From Chiloscyllium plagiosum (lineage: Eukaryota): a DNA stretch of 64,000 nt. A program made the translations under genes and the position numbers. The DNA is taken from positions 26,633,537 to 26,697,536 of the forward strand of contig NC_057719.1 of NCBI RefSeq assembly GCF_004010195.1. The letters are read 5' to 3'. The notes under the pieces were generated by a model. It was given only the letters and a program-made list of their open reading frames with translations. It was not told the origin of the DNA and made no database searches. Below, in pieces: positions 1 to 13,189 of this stretch. Every line of letters begins with the position of its first letter. The first letter of the stretch is position 1.

Positions 1-332
1 ATATTCAATGGAATTTAGGAAGATGAGGGGGGATCTCATTGAAACTTAAAAAAGACTGAGGGGCCTGAATAGAATAGACGTGGAGAAGATGTTTCCATTA
101 GTGAGAGAGACCAGGACCTGAGGGCACAGCCTCAGTCCAGGGACAATCCTTTAGAACTGAGATAAAGAGGAATTCCTTTGACCAGAGTATTTAAGACAGA
201 AATTGTAAGGGATTCAAGATGTTTGGGGAGAAGGCACGAGAATGGAGTTGAGAAACTTATCAGCCATGATTCAATGGCAGAGCAGACTCAAGGAGCTAAT
301 GGTCTAATTCTGCTCCTATATCTTATGGCCTT
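1..332 (+). mobile_element. CR1-type LINE 3' fragment (intronic)
   Basis: Degenerate ORF2 C-terminus (EFRKMRGDLIET) followed by a CR1-like 3' UTR ending tcttatggcctta. Confidence 0.7.
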
Positions 333-828
333 AATTTTGACACCAGTAACAAGAAACCCTTAAGTCCCAACAATGGTGAGTACTTTGGCTCCTGCTGAAT
401 GCAGTGTAAAGCAAGAGCAGTGCAGTGGGGACATGGTGCATGATTAATTAGGTGAGCAGTATAACATTTACATGAGAAAATACTCTAGAGTTCATGGAGA
501 GAAGCCTTCCATGAAACACTCAGAAATTGACAGCCAACATTTGGGAATATTCAGAACATTATGCTTGACTTATCATCTGTTCCAATTTGAAAAATTATGC
601 TATTTACTTTAAACCTTCTGTGTTCAAGTCTCTTTTGATTTGAACAATGTGTAGACATGTGTAATTTAAGATATTATTTTACTGAATTTTCCTCCCTGCC
701 TTAATTTCAAGCATTTTTTCTCGTAATAAATAAATTGGTTATAAACAATCTCTGTAAATACATTTGTTTAAATGTACTGACATTTGTCCCCTAATGTTCT
801 ATTTTTCAGTTTTGTATGTAGCAGATCT

Positions 829-1095
829 AACCATACTAGAGGGAATCTGATAACTACTGTTGCGCGAGGCATCCGGGTTTGATTTCAGCCTCTGGTGACT
901 GTGTAAACTCCACACAGACATTCTCTGTGTCCATCTGTGTGGATTTCCTCCTACAGTCCAAAGATGTGCAGGCTCGATGGATTAGCCATAAGAAATACAG
1001 GGTTAAAAGGATAAGGTAGAGAAGTGGGATACTCTTTGGAGGGTCGGTATGGACTTGATGGGCTGAATAGTCTGTTTCCACACTTTAGGGAATCT
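829..1095 (-). mobile_element. Degenerate tRNA-derived SINE (HE1/V-SINE-like), rearranged
   Basis: Contains cagtccaaagatgtgcag and ctgtttccacact..agggaatct, as in the SINE copies at 43465 and 48766. The body reads in the same direction as the + copy at 43465, so orientation is uncertain. Confidence 0.45.
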
Positions 1096-1256
1096 GTGAT
1101 TCAATGCTAGTTTATATTAATTTCTGGTAATCACTTCAGTTTATCAGCATATTTTCAATACTGAAGTAGCCAATTTTTTTCTTTTTTTGTTGCAGCATGT
1201 TGTGGTTCATGGCAACTTGGTCAAAACGTTCTCTAAGCATTGGTCTGTTTTTGCAG

Positions 1257-1358
1257 GGCAATTGTCGCTTTAGTCTACAATGTACTGAAGGCTTTTATGG
1301 AAATGAACAGCCCATTATTTGATGAGCTCACAGCAACATACAAGTCGGATCGCCAAAA
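1257..1358 (+). CDS. PPP2R5E: PP2A regulatory subunit B56 epsilon-like, penultimate coding exon
   Basis: Acceptor ttgcag ends at 1256 and donor gtaaga starts at 1359. The 102-nt phase-2/phase-2 exon encodes [33 protein letters not shown], nearly identical to vertebrate B56-epsilon as recalled ([33 protein letters not shown]). Ortholog versus paralog is not resolved. Confidence 0.92.
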
Positions 1359-2145
1359 GTAAGATCTTAACTGTCTTTTAATATGGCATTGATCAATTAA
1401 TAATATAGGACTTTCCTTACAACAATCATCTTAATTTTATCATACAAAAGCCTGTCCCTATATTTTGGGCTTTAATGTTTACCTTGAGAGACACTAATAA
1501 TAACTTACTCAAAAATATTGGTAACAAATCTGAAAGGAAGATTATGGCAAGTATTTCAAGACTACAAAAACACTGCAGCAGGACAAAGCTAAAATGCCTG
1601 GTTTGGACACTTAAACTATTTCCTATTAACACAAGCACAGGCATAAAATAGGTTTTGTAATATATTCTCTTTTATGATTGACCACTTGCTTCAGCGAATA
1701 AAATAATGAAACTAAAAATTGAAATGCAAATTTATATAACTTGGAGGAAAAAAGTCATTTATATTCTTCAATAATCTCCCTACCCACCTCATGAACTGTA
1801 AAAATTGGTGAGAAAATGTGATACCCTTTAATTTCTTTGTTCGTGAATTTTGGCTGCTGATATCACAATGCCGTCACAGTTTAAAGGGCTGAGGCATTCT
1901 GTTGCTTGCATCTCCCTGGATGGCAGTGGTGTCACTCTGTTGTACAAATCAAAATTCTCAATTTTCACCCATGCTGACAGCCTCATTTCATTAGGGTTAA
2001 CGTGGTACTGTTCAATGAGGTAAAAGCTCCAATAATGGTTTGTTTTCCTAATAGTTGCTTCAGTCCATTATGAAATTAAGTAACAACTTACAGAAGGAGA
2101 CTTTGATTCATAACATGGTCCAACTTCCTTAAAAATATTTTTCAG

Positions 2146-2239
2146 AGAAAAGAAAAAGGAAAAAGAGCGAGAAGAACTTTGGAAAAAGTTGAGGGCCCTT
2201 GAAATAAAGAAGGGTGCGATAACAGGGATGTCACCTTAA
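2146..2239 (+). CDS. PPP2R5E: PP2A regulatory subunit B56 epsilon-like, terminal coding exon
   Basis: Acceptor ttttcag ends at 2145. In frame with the previous exon (aa|a = K), it encodes EKKKEKEREELWKKLRALEIKKGAITGMSP* with TAA at 2237-2239. EKKKEKEREELWKKL matches B56-epsilon. Confidence 0.92.
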
Positions 2240-5200
2240 TGAAGAAAAATGGTGCTCGTATTCCCATGATATACATTTATGTAGTAAGAGGTGGAGCAAC
2301 GGTTTTCTGTATTGTGCTACTTACTTTACAGTAGATTTTGCATCTGTTTCATTATCAACGAAAGTTCTGTAACAGTATTGTATATAACTTTTCTCTTCAT
2401 GTTGAAATGATATGTCAAAAAGAAGGGCGTCAGCATGAAATATGTACAGTAGATGGATGTTTGCGAGCTCTTCTGGAAATGTAGTCATTGTTCTAACTTC
2501 AAAAAAAGAAAAAAATTCTAGCATCCACATGGGTGGTACAGAAACTTCAAAGAAGATTGCTATATCAGGATACCTGAATCGAGCGTTCCATACATATTGG
2601 TGGCAGATTACGAGCAAATATATTTTAGACTGAAAACTGTGCTCCAGCTTGACCCTGAGACTTTGCTGCATTTTAATTTATACTTAAGGTGAAATTATTT
2701 CTTACAAGTTGTGGAAGTTCTGTTTTTACTTTGATTTTAAACCTATTGTGGTGTTATAATACCTCTTATACACAGCACACTGGTTGTGTAAAGGTTAGTG
2801 TCCATGTGCATCACGATGCAATTCATACCTTTTGTACTGGTAGAACTGTATTAAAGTGCATGCCTGGCATATGCACTAACAGTACTGTATATTAGAGAAA
2901 GTATCTATTCAAGGATACACAATTCTTTCAATGGGATACAAACCTGCAAAAGCAGGAAATATCCAATAACTAACTAAGTGTAAGTTGGTTGTACAATGTT
3001 ACTTGTTTGCAGTATAAGCTACATAACCTTTTACTGTTTTCACATTTACACCATGCAAATAATTCATACAGAAAACTTAAAGGTTCCTAGAGAGAAATGA
3101 ACACCCTTCTTAACTCCATGGACAGAACATAGTTAAGTGCATCAGACGTTGTGAGCATAAAGTTGGTGTATACAATACAGAAAGTTGGTTAACAAGGCTA
3201 ACATTATTAGGAATCTGTGTGAGACTAATTTTAATATGTGGGGTCATCCACACCATGCGCACGTCAGCATTCTATTTGAACAGGTAGGGAAATAAGCCAT
3301 AATACCTTATGGCGTAGTATGCACTGTATTGATCCAATTGGATTGTTCACGATCAGTGTTATATTGCCCCATGTGTTACACCACTCTGTTGATAAAACAG
3401 TTTTCATCCCACCAGGTGTGGGAGGATGTATGGTATAAAACTTCTTTTCAAAAATACTTTTTTGTAGTTTTTAATTTTACTGCCGCTCAGACATGCTCAC
3501 CATTCTGCACTGTTCTCAACCATTTTTAAAGAAAACTGTCAGACTTCTCATAACTATTAAATGATCATTAAGTTTTACAGGTTGTCCTTGATGATTTTGT
3601 TCATTGCTGCAAAGTGTTGGGATTTCAAATGCCGTTCCTTTTAAATCAGATAGCAAGCATAAAATAATTTGATTTCTTTCAGTCTAGGGAAAGGGCTACG
3701 TGGGCCAAACAAGATACTGCCACATCAAGAAATGTAATGTTGAAAATAATTTATTGGTTCAAGTTCAGATACAAAATATTTGCACTTGATTGGAATTGGT
3801 TACTAGACAATGCTTGCTGTATGTCACACCTGCATCATTGAAGGTGTTAAATAACTCAAAAATAGATGTGTGTATTCTCCATGGCAATATTGATTTTTTT
3901 TTTTGGGAGGTGATAAATTGAAGAAAGATATTTCAGATATGAGCAGAGCTTGAAAGAAATGTATTACAACTTTTATAAAAGTTCATAAGTAAAACAAGTT
4001 AAGAGCTGTCTTAAAGACTTCACTTTAGTTTTCAGAAATACTAAGTGGTGACCTGAGTGATGCATTCTAGTCAGGAACCTCCTTTGCTTAATCAACCAAA
4101 GTGTTGCTGACTGACCACATTGGTAGTGTAAATGATGGGTTTTATACCAATGCAAAGCAGTTGCTGTGTTTCATGACAGATTACTGTGAACACATTTAGT
4201 TCATTTTTGACCACACTGTAAATAGGCTGTAATCAGAAGCTCATGTATTGACTGAGAAGTTTTAAAATATAAATCTTAAATAAATAATGGATTTCTTGTG
4301 TTACCTTCTTTATCATGCATGGAAAGACAATGCTATTTAGTATTCTTTGTATGGAAAGTGCACTTGAAATTTTTCATGTCTTTTTATCTGTCAGCAGTAT
4401 TACTAAAATGCTGACTGTAAGTTATGTGTATTGCATAATTGTACAGCAATGAATCAAATACATTCTGTAAATTATGTTCTTAAAACTCTGATTACTTTGT
4501 CAAAACCATTGATTCAAAAAATATTTTTAACGAAGTGGTATTGTATTAAAATATTAGCATTTTGTATCAGTTTGTTAAACTGCTGTTCTCATCCAAGATT
4601 ACCTCAAAGACAATCTACACAGGTACTAGATTTTATTTCAGGGTGTCACTCAAATCAATCACAGACTTGTCTTTTTAAAATCAAGTATTAGTGTTTTTTT
4701 TGTATAATTGTTGCAATTACTTCCATGTATTATGTACCAACATTCCTTTTTCTGCATGAAGGATCAGTTAACAATGAATTGCTTCGTGCACAAGAAATAT
4801 TTATATATTCAGATAACTGAACAAAGTGTGGTTGGTTGCAACTTTACTCTTTGATATAAATGCTAAATAGTTGATGACTTAAGGGTATAAGAACCTAAAT
4901 GTCATGGAATAAGGAATGTTCAGGAATGTATGGTGATCTCTCAGCTGGTAGTATTTTACCCAACTTATGGATAAAATTCTATGTGGCAGTTTTTCCTTTT
5001 TAATGACATTTTCTAAATAGGTCAACTTTGTTCTTGACTGCAAAATGTTTTGCAATTGCGCTTAATATTACTTGAATCTAATTTTGTACTTTTGAAAGAA
5101 CAGTAGGTTCACTGGAAAGTGAGTATTGAGCTTGAGACAGATGTTTGCTATTAAAACTTAAATTTGTCATCAAAATGGGTATAGTTCTAAAGCAGTCTTT

Positions 5201-5545
5201 CTTCCATTAATATTTCTGAGGAACACATTGTTTAAAAAGTAATTTTTGAAAAATACTACCTTTAAATTACTATTAAATATGATCCAACAGGTTGTGGTAG
5301 AGGCTATTATGGCAATTTTTGTGGGGTGGGGAAATGTGTGGGTATTCTATAAACTTGTTCATATTGAGGTATGGTATTAAGTTCAGTGTTTTAATGTGTA
5401 ACAGCATAGCCATATTGGGAAAACACTTGTAATGGTACTTTTAAGCTATAAATGCTAATTTATCATTTATAATGTTTTTAAAAATAAAATTAATTTTAAT
5501 TAAATTTCTCTAATACAATAAAGTTGTAGTTCTGTTCCAGGAAAG
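2240..5545 (+). other. Putative long 3' UTR of the PPP2R5E-like gene
   Basis: AT-rich stretch after the stop with no recognisable TE. AATAAA at 5483-5488 and 5517-5522 is followed by GT-rich sequence. TGTANATA motifs at 2379 and 4217. The end point is inferred. Confidence 0.55.
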
Positions 5546-8500
5546 TACAACTTCAAGCAGATTTTCCCATTACAATTAATGTAAATGCAGTAATGATGTT
5601 TTGGGGACCTTTATGGAAAAGAACAAACTTTTTTTATATATTCTAACATTGTGTTACTTAACATTTATAAACTATTAGTGTGATTTGTAAATAACTTCTA
5701 AAATAGTTTTATAAGAGAATTATGCTAATTCTTTATACTGTGCCCTTTCTATTTCCTGACTCCCTCTGAAATCCTTGCTGCAAGGGAGTGCTCAGGAAAG
5801 GGGCAGTAAGAAAGAACAAGTGAATGGATGACTGGAAAACTTCCAATTGTCAGATAGGGAAGCAGAGACAGTGTGCATTTTGGGGATCTGGAAAGGTTTC
5901 TCTGAAATGGCACCAATTGGATCATGCATGCTTCATTGGACGATGAAGCTGAGGATGATAGCCATGATCATAATGAATGGTGGTGCTGGCTTGAAGGGCA
6001 GAATGGCCTACTCCTGCACCTATTGTCTATTGACCTGGCTTGAAACAACATTAAAATTAAGTCCTAACACTGCATACTGGTCTCATTATATCCACAATGT
6101 AAAGAGAAATGCTGTTAGGCAATTTTAAATAGGGACCCTCTGTACAGCAATCAACTGTTAATCATTCCTGTTAAATAATGTAATCTCTTAATCGGTTTTA
6201 AAAAGGTCAGATTTCATACTGCAAAATGATCTCATGATAAAGTAAAGATTTTTATACAAGTTCACATATCCAAAAGAATTCCATTAATCTTGGACCAAAA
6301 TCTAATGGCAGTAATGCAAATTTCAGTAGATACAAAACTTCATTTGAATTAAACCTGACTGCACAGTAGCAGTTCTCTGTTTAACTGAACAAATCTATGG
6401 TGGTGGTCTGTGTTCTGAATACTTAAACTCACTTTCCTGTATGCTCTGAAATCTTTAATTATTGCTCCATCAAAGCAGTTAACTTCCTGTTTAAAGCATA
6501 CATGGAATCTTCTTTAATATTGGTTTGTGACAGAGGACTTTATGCTGGCCTTCCTTGAAACTGTTCTTATTCAGTCAAGATTTGAAGGCATTCATAACTT
6601 TGAAGGATTCAATCTGATCTGTATAGTTTTAACCCCCTCCCTCAAAAGTATCTAAGTAATTTATTACTAATTTTCTGATTTGTAAGGAAATCAGTTGTAT
6701 TAAAAGTGCATATTTAGGAGGGTCAAGTTTCTCTTTTTATAAATCTGCTAATTAGAGCCCCAGCCAAATATAGCATTTAGAAACAAGAAATTGTAGAAGT
6801 ACGTGGCTGCTTAGGTAGCATCTGTCTCCTTCCAACAGACCTGAAGCATTAACTATTCTTCATCCCACAAATACTACCAAACGTACTTGAGTATTCACGC
6901 ATTTCATGTTTATTTCCATCTTCCAGTATTTTGCTTCTGGAAATTCAAATGTTTCATCAAAATATGTTTGTTTTTTTTTTCAGGCCACTGTGTTGCATTG
7001 TATTGGCTAAGGTGGCGTGCTTGAATGATTAATCTTTCTTTGAGTTTAACCTGCAAACAGCTGCTACTCCATACTGATCTATAAAGGCTCAAGGTTCCTT
7101 TTTATAAAGGAAACTAGAGCACCTTTTCCTCAATAATACAGAAAAGGATTTATCAACTTCAAAGTAAAAGGCATCCAGAGGTTTTTGATGTTCGCATGAT
7201 AGAACTTGCGTGTTCCATATGAGGTTTTTGAGAGATGGAAAAAAATGCTGAGATTGTGATGATATGACCTGCCTGAAGCTATAAATTAGGCAGAGGTTTC
7301 ACAGTTCAAGCCAAACTTCCCATGCAAACGGTTACTGGTACCTTCAGTGGGAAGCACTAGCTTATGTAGTAGCATAGCCATTATGACACAGGAGGAGGAC
7401 ATTCAGCTCATTGGTCAGAAATCAGTTATGAAATGATCCAGTTCTCCAGACAAACAAGAATGCAGTTGTGAAATTTTCTGAGCTCAGCTTAATTTTGCTA
7501 ATCCACACTCTAAAAATGCAGTGTTTTACCCATTTATTATTGATGATTTGAAGTTGACTTGAGGAATGTCAGGTTTTGAATTATGAGTCACTGACTTTCC
7601 TTTCCCAATATATATTGCATACTGTGTAGGTATTAGTTGTTTTATGAAGTATATCTGCTGCCACTTCTCTGGAGGTAAATGCAGTTTGACAATTGTAAGC
7701 AGAACTGAATCCCTTTTCCTCCACTTTTTAAAATGGAGGTCAACTGCCAAACTAGCCGAGGCTTTGAAACCTTATATTGATCAAGTGAAACCAGTGAAGG
7801 TAAGTGGGATAGGAATGGCTTGAGAGTGGTAGAATTCTATAAGAGTTGGTGCTTTTGGAGGAGGAAGGGTTTGACACATGCCATGTAATGTGCAGTGAAT
7901 TTAAACTGGTAGATGCAATCTATGTATCAGTGGTAAGTAGATCTTGCATGAGAATATTTGTGAAATTTTGATATTCCAGTATGAACTTTTGACAAATTTG
8001 TATACCAGGAATAATCTAAAGATAATATTAGTTCTCAGGTATCTGTTTTAAGTAAATATTGAAAGTCTAAAAGCATTCAAGACCCATTTTGATATGCTTT
8101 TAACCTAGAGATTAGATAGATTGAGTTTCCTGTGGGGGGAGTGGGGGGAAGAATACAAATCACTTCATGGCTTTTGATTCATGATTTGTAACATTTTGTC
8201 ATAGGTACAGTGATCAAATGGCTTTATATTTCATGCAGTAAAGTACAATATCTACGGTATTTTTCAATGCAAGGCCTATTCACTGGTAATTCAAGTTCTG
8301 AGAAGCAAACTCCAAAATGGTTGCAGCACTCTCACTGAAGAGAAAGGACAGTCTGTATTTCAAACTCAGTCTTCAAGTCATCTTGTTTTCTTCATGCATG
8401 TTAAGTGACTGTTCCTTGACCTGGATCAAATTGTAAACAGGTTTTAAAATAGAGGATTGGTTGAGCTAGCAAAATGGATGGTGTATATAGGCTCCCGAAT

Positions 8501-9139
8501 TCCTCCCCTCCACCCAAAATAAAGATTAGAGCTTGTCAAGAAGGATAAAATAAAACCAAAGGTCCAACATCTATGTCACCAATTTACCATTGAAACCAAT
8601 ACATTTTGGAACACCAATTGAATGAATTAATCCAAGCATTTACATTTGTGGTGGACAGCTTTATTCAAGAATGTTAAAGTTTTAATATAAAATCAAAACC
8701 TTATTAGTGGATTGTGCTGTAAATTGATGTCTATTCACTGAATTAGGATGTAATTGCATGTTAAAATCATTGTTTTAAATTATTTCCATTTCAGGTACAG
8801 AAGTTTGACTTTGTGAGCAGACAAGACAATTGGAATAGAAGGCAGGACAGTTTGGTATTCCCATCACTGACTTGCTAGTAATTTGTATCTCAGGAGTATC
8901 TTTAAAGTAGAAAAAGTGAGCAAAGATTTTTGATATTACTTACAAGTTTACTCTCAATAGACAGCAAGAGCTGCTTCAAGTAAATGAGGGAGAGACCAAA
9001 ATTGACCATAGGAGTCTTAGAGAATGAGACTGAGTAAATAATAGGGATTTGAATAATTATTTTCCATTAGTGTACACATTAGAAGACAGTAGTTTTAAAT
9101 GCTATAAGGGGCAAATGAGAGAAAAGTACAATAACTGTC

Positions 9140-9630
9140 ATGAGAGGATAATGACTAGTCAGGACTACATCTTGAGTACTGAGCAGTTTTGGTCCCCTTA
9201 AGGAAAGGTATTTTATTGGAGGCAGTTCAGAGAAGGCTCTCAAGGATGATACCGAGTATAGAGGCATTGTCATTTGAACAACGATTAAACTGGTTGGGAC
9301 TCTGCTCACTGGAGTTTAGAAGCATGAGAGGTGATCTGAATTTGATAGGATTCGTAAGGAGTTTGATAGATGAAAATGTTTCCCCTTATGGGAGAGTTTA
9401 GAAGGCATAATGGGGTTTCAATTTAAGACATTAGGAGGAATTTCTTGCCACAAATCTGTGGAGACAGAGTCTTTGTACATGTTTAAGGCTGCGATAGATT
9501 GTTGATTAGTAAGGGAATCAAAGGTTATGGAGAAAGCACAAGAAAGTGGATGTGAGGAAAGTCCATAGCATTGTGGCTGATGAATGGCACAAAAGGCTTA
9601 AAGGGCTGAACAGCCTACTCTTGTTCTTCA
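9140..9630 (+). mobile_element. CR1 LINE 3' fragment
   Basis: ORF track reads LLEAVQRRLSRMIP...RLNWLGLCSLEFRSMRGDL, the CR1 ORF2 C-terminus. Confidence 0.75.
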
Positions 9631-9654
9631 GCTCCCCAGAACCTATAATATCAT

Positions 9655-9912
9655 AATGGGGCTAAAGTTTGAATCCCTTAGACCTGATGGGATGCATGTT
9701 AAGATATCAAAAGACATAGCTGCAGAAATAATGAATGTGCTAGGAGTAATTTTCCAGAAATCCTTAGACTCTGGAAAAATCCCAGATGATTGGAAAGTTT
9801 GCAAATGTAAGCTTTTTCTGTTTGAACAAAAAAAGTGACAAAAAGAGTTAGAGAAAATGTTAGTTTATTCTAAAGGATGTAATAGCAGAGCATTTAGAAG
9901 TACATAATGATA
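9655..9912 (+). mobile_element. CR1 LINE RT-upstream fragment
   Basis: PDGMH...VIFQKSLDSGKIPDDWKV motif. Confidence 0.7.
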
Positions 9913-9917
9913 GAGAT

Positions 9918-10165
9918 GCCAGTGTTGGACCACTGTGGACAAAGTAGGCAAAAGGGAAGACTGCAGATGCTGGAAGCCTGATGAAGGGCTTTTGCCCAAA
10001 ATATCAATCTTCCTGCTCCTTGGATACTGCCTGACCTGCTGTGCTTTTCCAGCACCAGTAATCTGGGGTGGACAAAGTTAAAAGTCAACACAAGTTGTAG
10101 TCAGTCAGGTTTAATTAGAAGCAAGCTTTTGCAGTGCTGCTCCTTCATCAGGTGGCTGTGATGAA
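9918..10165. mobile_element. Nested Penelope-like (PLE) terminal-repeat fragments
   Basis: Contains cctgatgaagggcttttgccc...gctgtgcttttccagcacca and gctccttcatcaggtgg, shared with other PLE-derived copies in the window. Confidence 0.6.
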
Positions 10166-11966
10166 GGACCTATATGATTTTTAATTTGAAGGTGGAGGCT
10201 TTTGTTTGTATAGTTGAGCTGGGGTACTCCTTACAAACACAATGAATCTTCACGTGGAAGACCTACTAACAGAAGTTTTCCTATCCACTCGATGCAGTCC
10301 CCTCAACTTTTGCACTAAATTCAGTTTCTGTTCCTATGCAAACAAGTCAATCCCTATTAGTCAATATTACCCAAGTGGCATCCTTCTAAATCTCCTTTCT
10401 CCTACTTTGATCACATCCTTCCTTTAATACAATGGCCAGAATTGCATGCAATATTGTAGCAGGAGCCTTAAGGATGTTTTGTACAGTTTGAATATATGCC
10501 TGCTCTTAAACTCAAATGAAAGCCTACATGCCTGTTTAATCACCTTTTCTATCTTCAAAGATCTATGCTAATACAGGTTTTTGTTCCTCTACCTATCACT
10601 TGCTTTTGCAATGTTATTCCTCACCAAATGGTTTAACATGCAGCTCTGGATTGAATGAGATATTGTCTATTGCTTTTTTTTTAAATGGGGGGGGGGGGGG
10701 GAAAGAGAAGAAAGGAAGGGTAGAAGACCTTGAACAGTTAAGATTCACAATTTACTAAAAGACAAATTAAACCAATAGTATTTTGTTTACATTGATGTGA
10801 ATGTCTTGAAGGCCTACACTTTGAAACCACGTGAGGGCAGTAGAGATCTTCAAAAACCTTTACATGGCATAGCATCAGCTGATTTTGTAATAGAATTATC
10901 AAGTGTGGGATACTTGAAATAAATCTTTGATTATTTTGATGTTAGTTTTGCTCCATTAGTCTGAGAATCATACTTAATTTTTGAGCAACTTAAGAATCTG
11001 CCAAGCTGAACTTCTAATTGAAAAATATACCTGAGCCTTGCAGCTAATTCATTAAGAGATAAAAAAGCAACTTTTCATTTAAAAGAAACTTAAGGAGCAT
11101 GGTGAAATAAAATACTGAATTCTGGTATATCTATAGCTTCAAAGTGAGCCAGCTTAAATGGGAAATCTCAGGTGGTTGGCCAGAACTGTTATGTATCAAA
11201 CTTATATTTAAAGTTTTCCCTGATTGTTTTATCTTGAACTGGGACAAACGTCTTGTGGCTGAACCCAGAGCTCGAAGGTATTCAATTGCATCGCAAAAAG
11301 TCGAGCAGGAGAAGGGTGCTCAATATAGTATACTTATCACAGGACAGAAGCACAGCTTTGAAAACGCAGGGGTCTAGGTGTAATTGTGTAGATATTTAAT
11401 TGAGCAAGCAACAAGTGGCTTTATTGGAGCAATTGCTGTTTTAGTACACTTAATGACACTGTTTAGATTTGATTGCTAAGGATTTCACAAATAACTTTAA
11501 TCTTTTGTACTTGGAAGCAAGCAGCATGTGTCAAATGTTGTATGATTAAAATCCCCAAATCCTAGAATTGGAACAAAGGTGCATTCTTGATTTAGGGTAT
11601 ACATTCCTAATGTTGAGCTGGGAGGAATACTTGCCATTAGTGCAGTCAATAGAAACAAGTGTAGAAACTTAATGGTTTGATGGAGCCTGACCAAATGGAA
11701 ACTTGGGTTGCTTGCTACTTTCCAAAAAAAAATTGATCAATGCATATTGAATGGACAGTATCAATTTACAGCTGAGTTTTAAATAAATGCCTTAAATATG
11801 TGCTAAGATAATGACATTTGCTTAATGCAGTTTCAAATCATAACCTTGCATTTCTGGTGTGGAAAGAATGTACATACTTTCATGCAGGGCCACCATACTA
11901 CATACTGAATGCAAAGTTGAGATGTACAAAAGATGTCTTGATAAATGTGTAGTAAATATTGAATAC

Positions 11967-12052
11967 TGAAACAAATAACTACATAGGCCAGTGTCCTGAG
12001 TAATCCTTTACTTACTGACACTGATTCAGTAAGTTCAGGAGAACAGAACCTC
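11967..12052 (-). mobile_element. Distal (3') half of a split Gypsy LTR
   Basis: On the minus strand it reads GAGGTTCTGTTC...ATCAGTGTCA...GTAAAGG...GGCCTATGTAGTTATTTGTTTCA and ends in CA. gaacagaacctc resembles gaacagagcctc(tgaaactcc) at 14607, the sequence that follows the target motif. The assignment partly relies on my recollection of this LTR family. Confidence 0.55.
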
Positions 12053-13189
12053 ACTTAAATACAAAATTAAAAAAAGCAGTTAAGAAAACTCAGGGGAAAG
12101 GGCAACAAAGCCCTTTGAACCATTTTTCAGGGAGAGGACAAACTTCAAGTTCCACTTTCAGTCAAAGGTAACAGTAACAAACTATATTGGGTCTGTATTG
12201 TGTAAGACACCAGCTCACACCACATACTGATCGGACCCTGGCTTGCCTTGCTGTAGGACAGTCAGTCATCAACCTTCTGGTCTCCAGCTGCCCTGTGTAC
12301 TGACTGACCCTCCCTGGCCAGTTTTTCTCCAGCATAGTTGTCAGCTCCTGGTCACCCCATGTACTAACCAAGCCATTTCCAACCTGCTTGCCTAGAGCCT
12401 GGCTGTTGGCCAGCCAGCACCCAGCCTCCCAGTATATGACATCCTTTCCCTGGCCAGTGTTCTTATGGACTGGCTATCAGTTCGTCTTCTGGCTCAGTCT
12501 CCCTGCATACTGACTGGCCTGCCTGTGAGGATGCTATCAGTTGCCTGGCCCCTACTCACTTTCTTCCAGGCTGATCATAGACCCTCACCCCCAGCCAGCT
12601 TGTGTATGGCTGGCTGTAGGAAAGCTGGTCAGGGGAGGGGCAATCTTTCAGCTGCCTCGTCTCCAGTCTGGTCATTGGTCCATCTGCTCCCAGCTACCAT
12701 ATGTACTAACTATCCCACTCTGGCCTACACTCAATTACAAAACAAAATCCACTTGAGTGCAGCAATTGCTCACCTCCCAGCACATGTCCAGTTTTTACAG
12801 AGGCCTAGTCACCCACAAAGGGCCATCTGGAAAGATGTATTTTCTCACGGGCTCAGTCCAAAAGTGAAAACACAAAACCAGAATGCAAGGGCTAAGCCTG
12901 CCACAAAAACCAACATTTTACTTCTACTTTTAAGGGTAATAGGTTGTAACCAGCCAGTGAAACAATCCCCTAACATGAACTGAATTATACCTGTAACATT
13001 GTTTAAAATCAGCCAGTTTTTAGAAGTTAGTCCTCAAAGGAATGCCAGTTTAATGAATCAGGTTTCCTAGAAACACAAACCAGCATCAGTACACTGGATG
13101 TGGGCAGCCAGCTCAGAATCAGTCCCCCTCTCAGATAAAGGGAGAGTCATTAACATGGATTCAGCCAGCTGTCAGAACAAAACCTGACA
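12053..13189 (-). mobile_element. Non-autonomous retroposon, array unit A
   Basis: Shares blocks with units B and C (cagcaattgctcacctcccagcaca, gggctcagtccaaa, agccagtgaaacaa, and the 3' block tttcagggagaggacaaac). No credible ORF. Confidence 0.7.
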
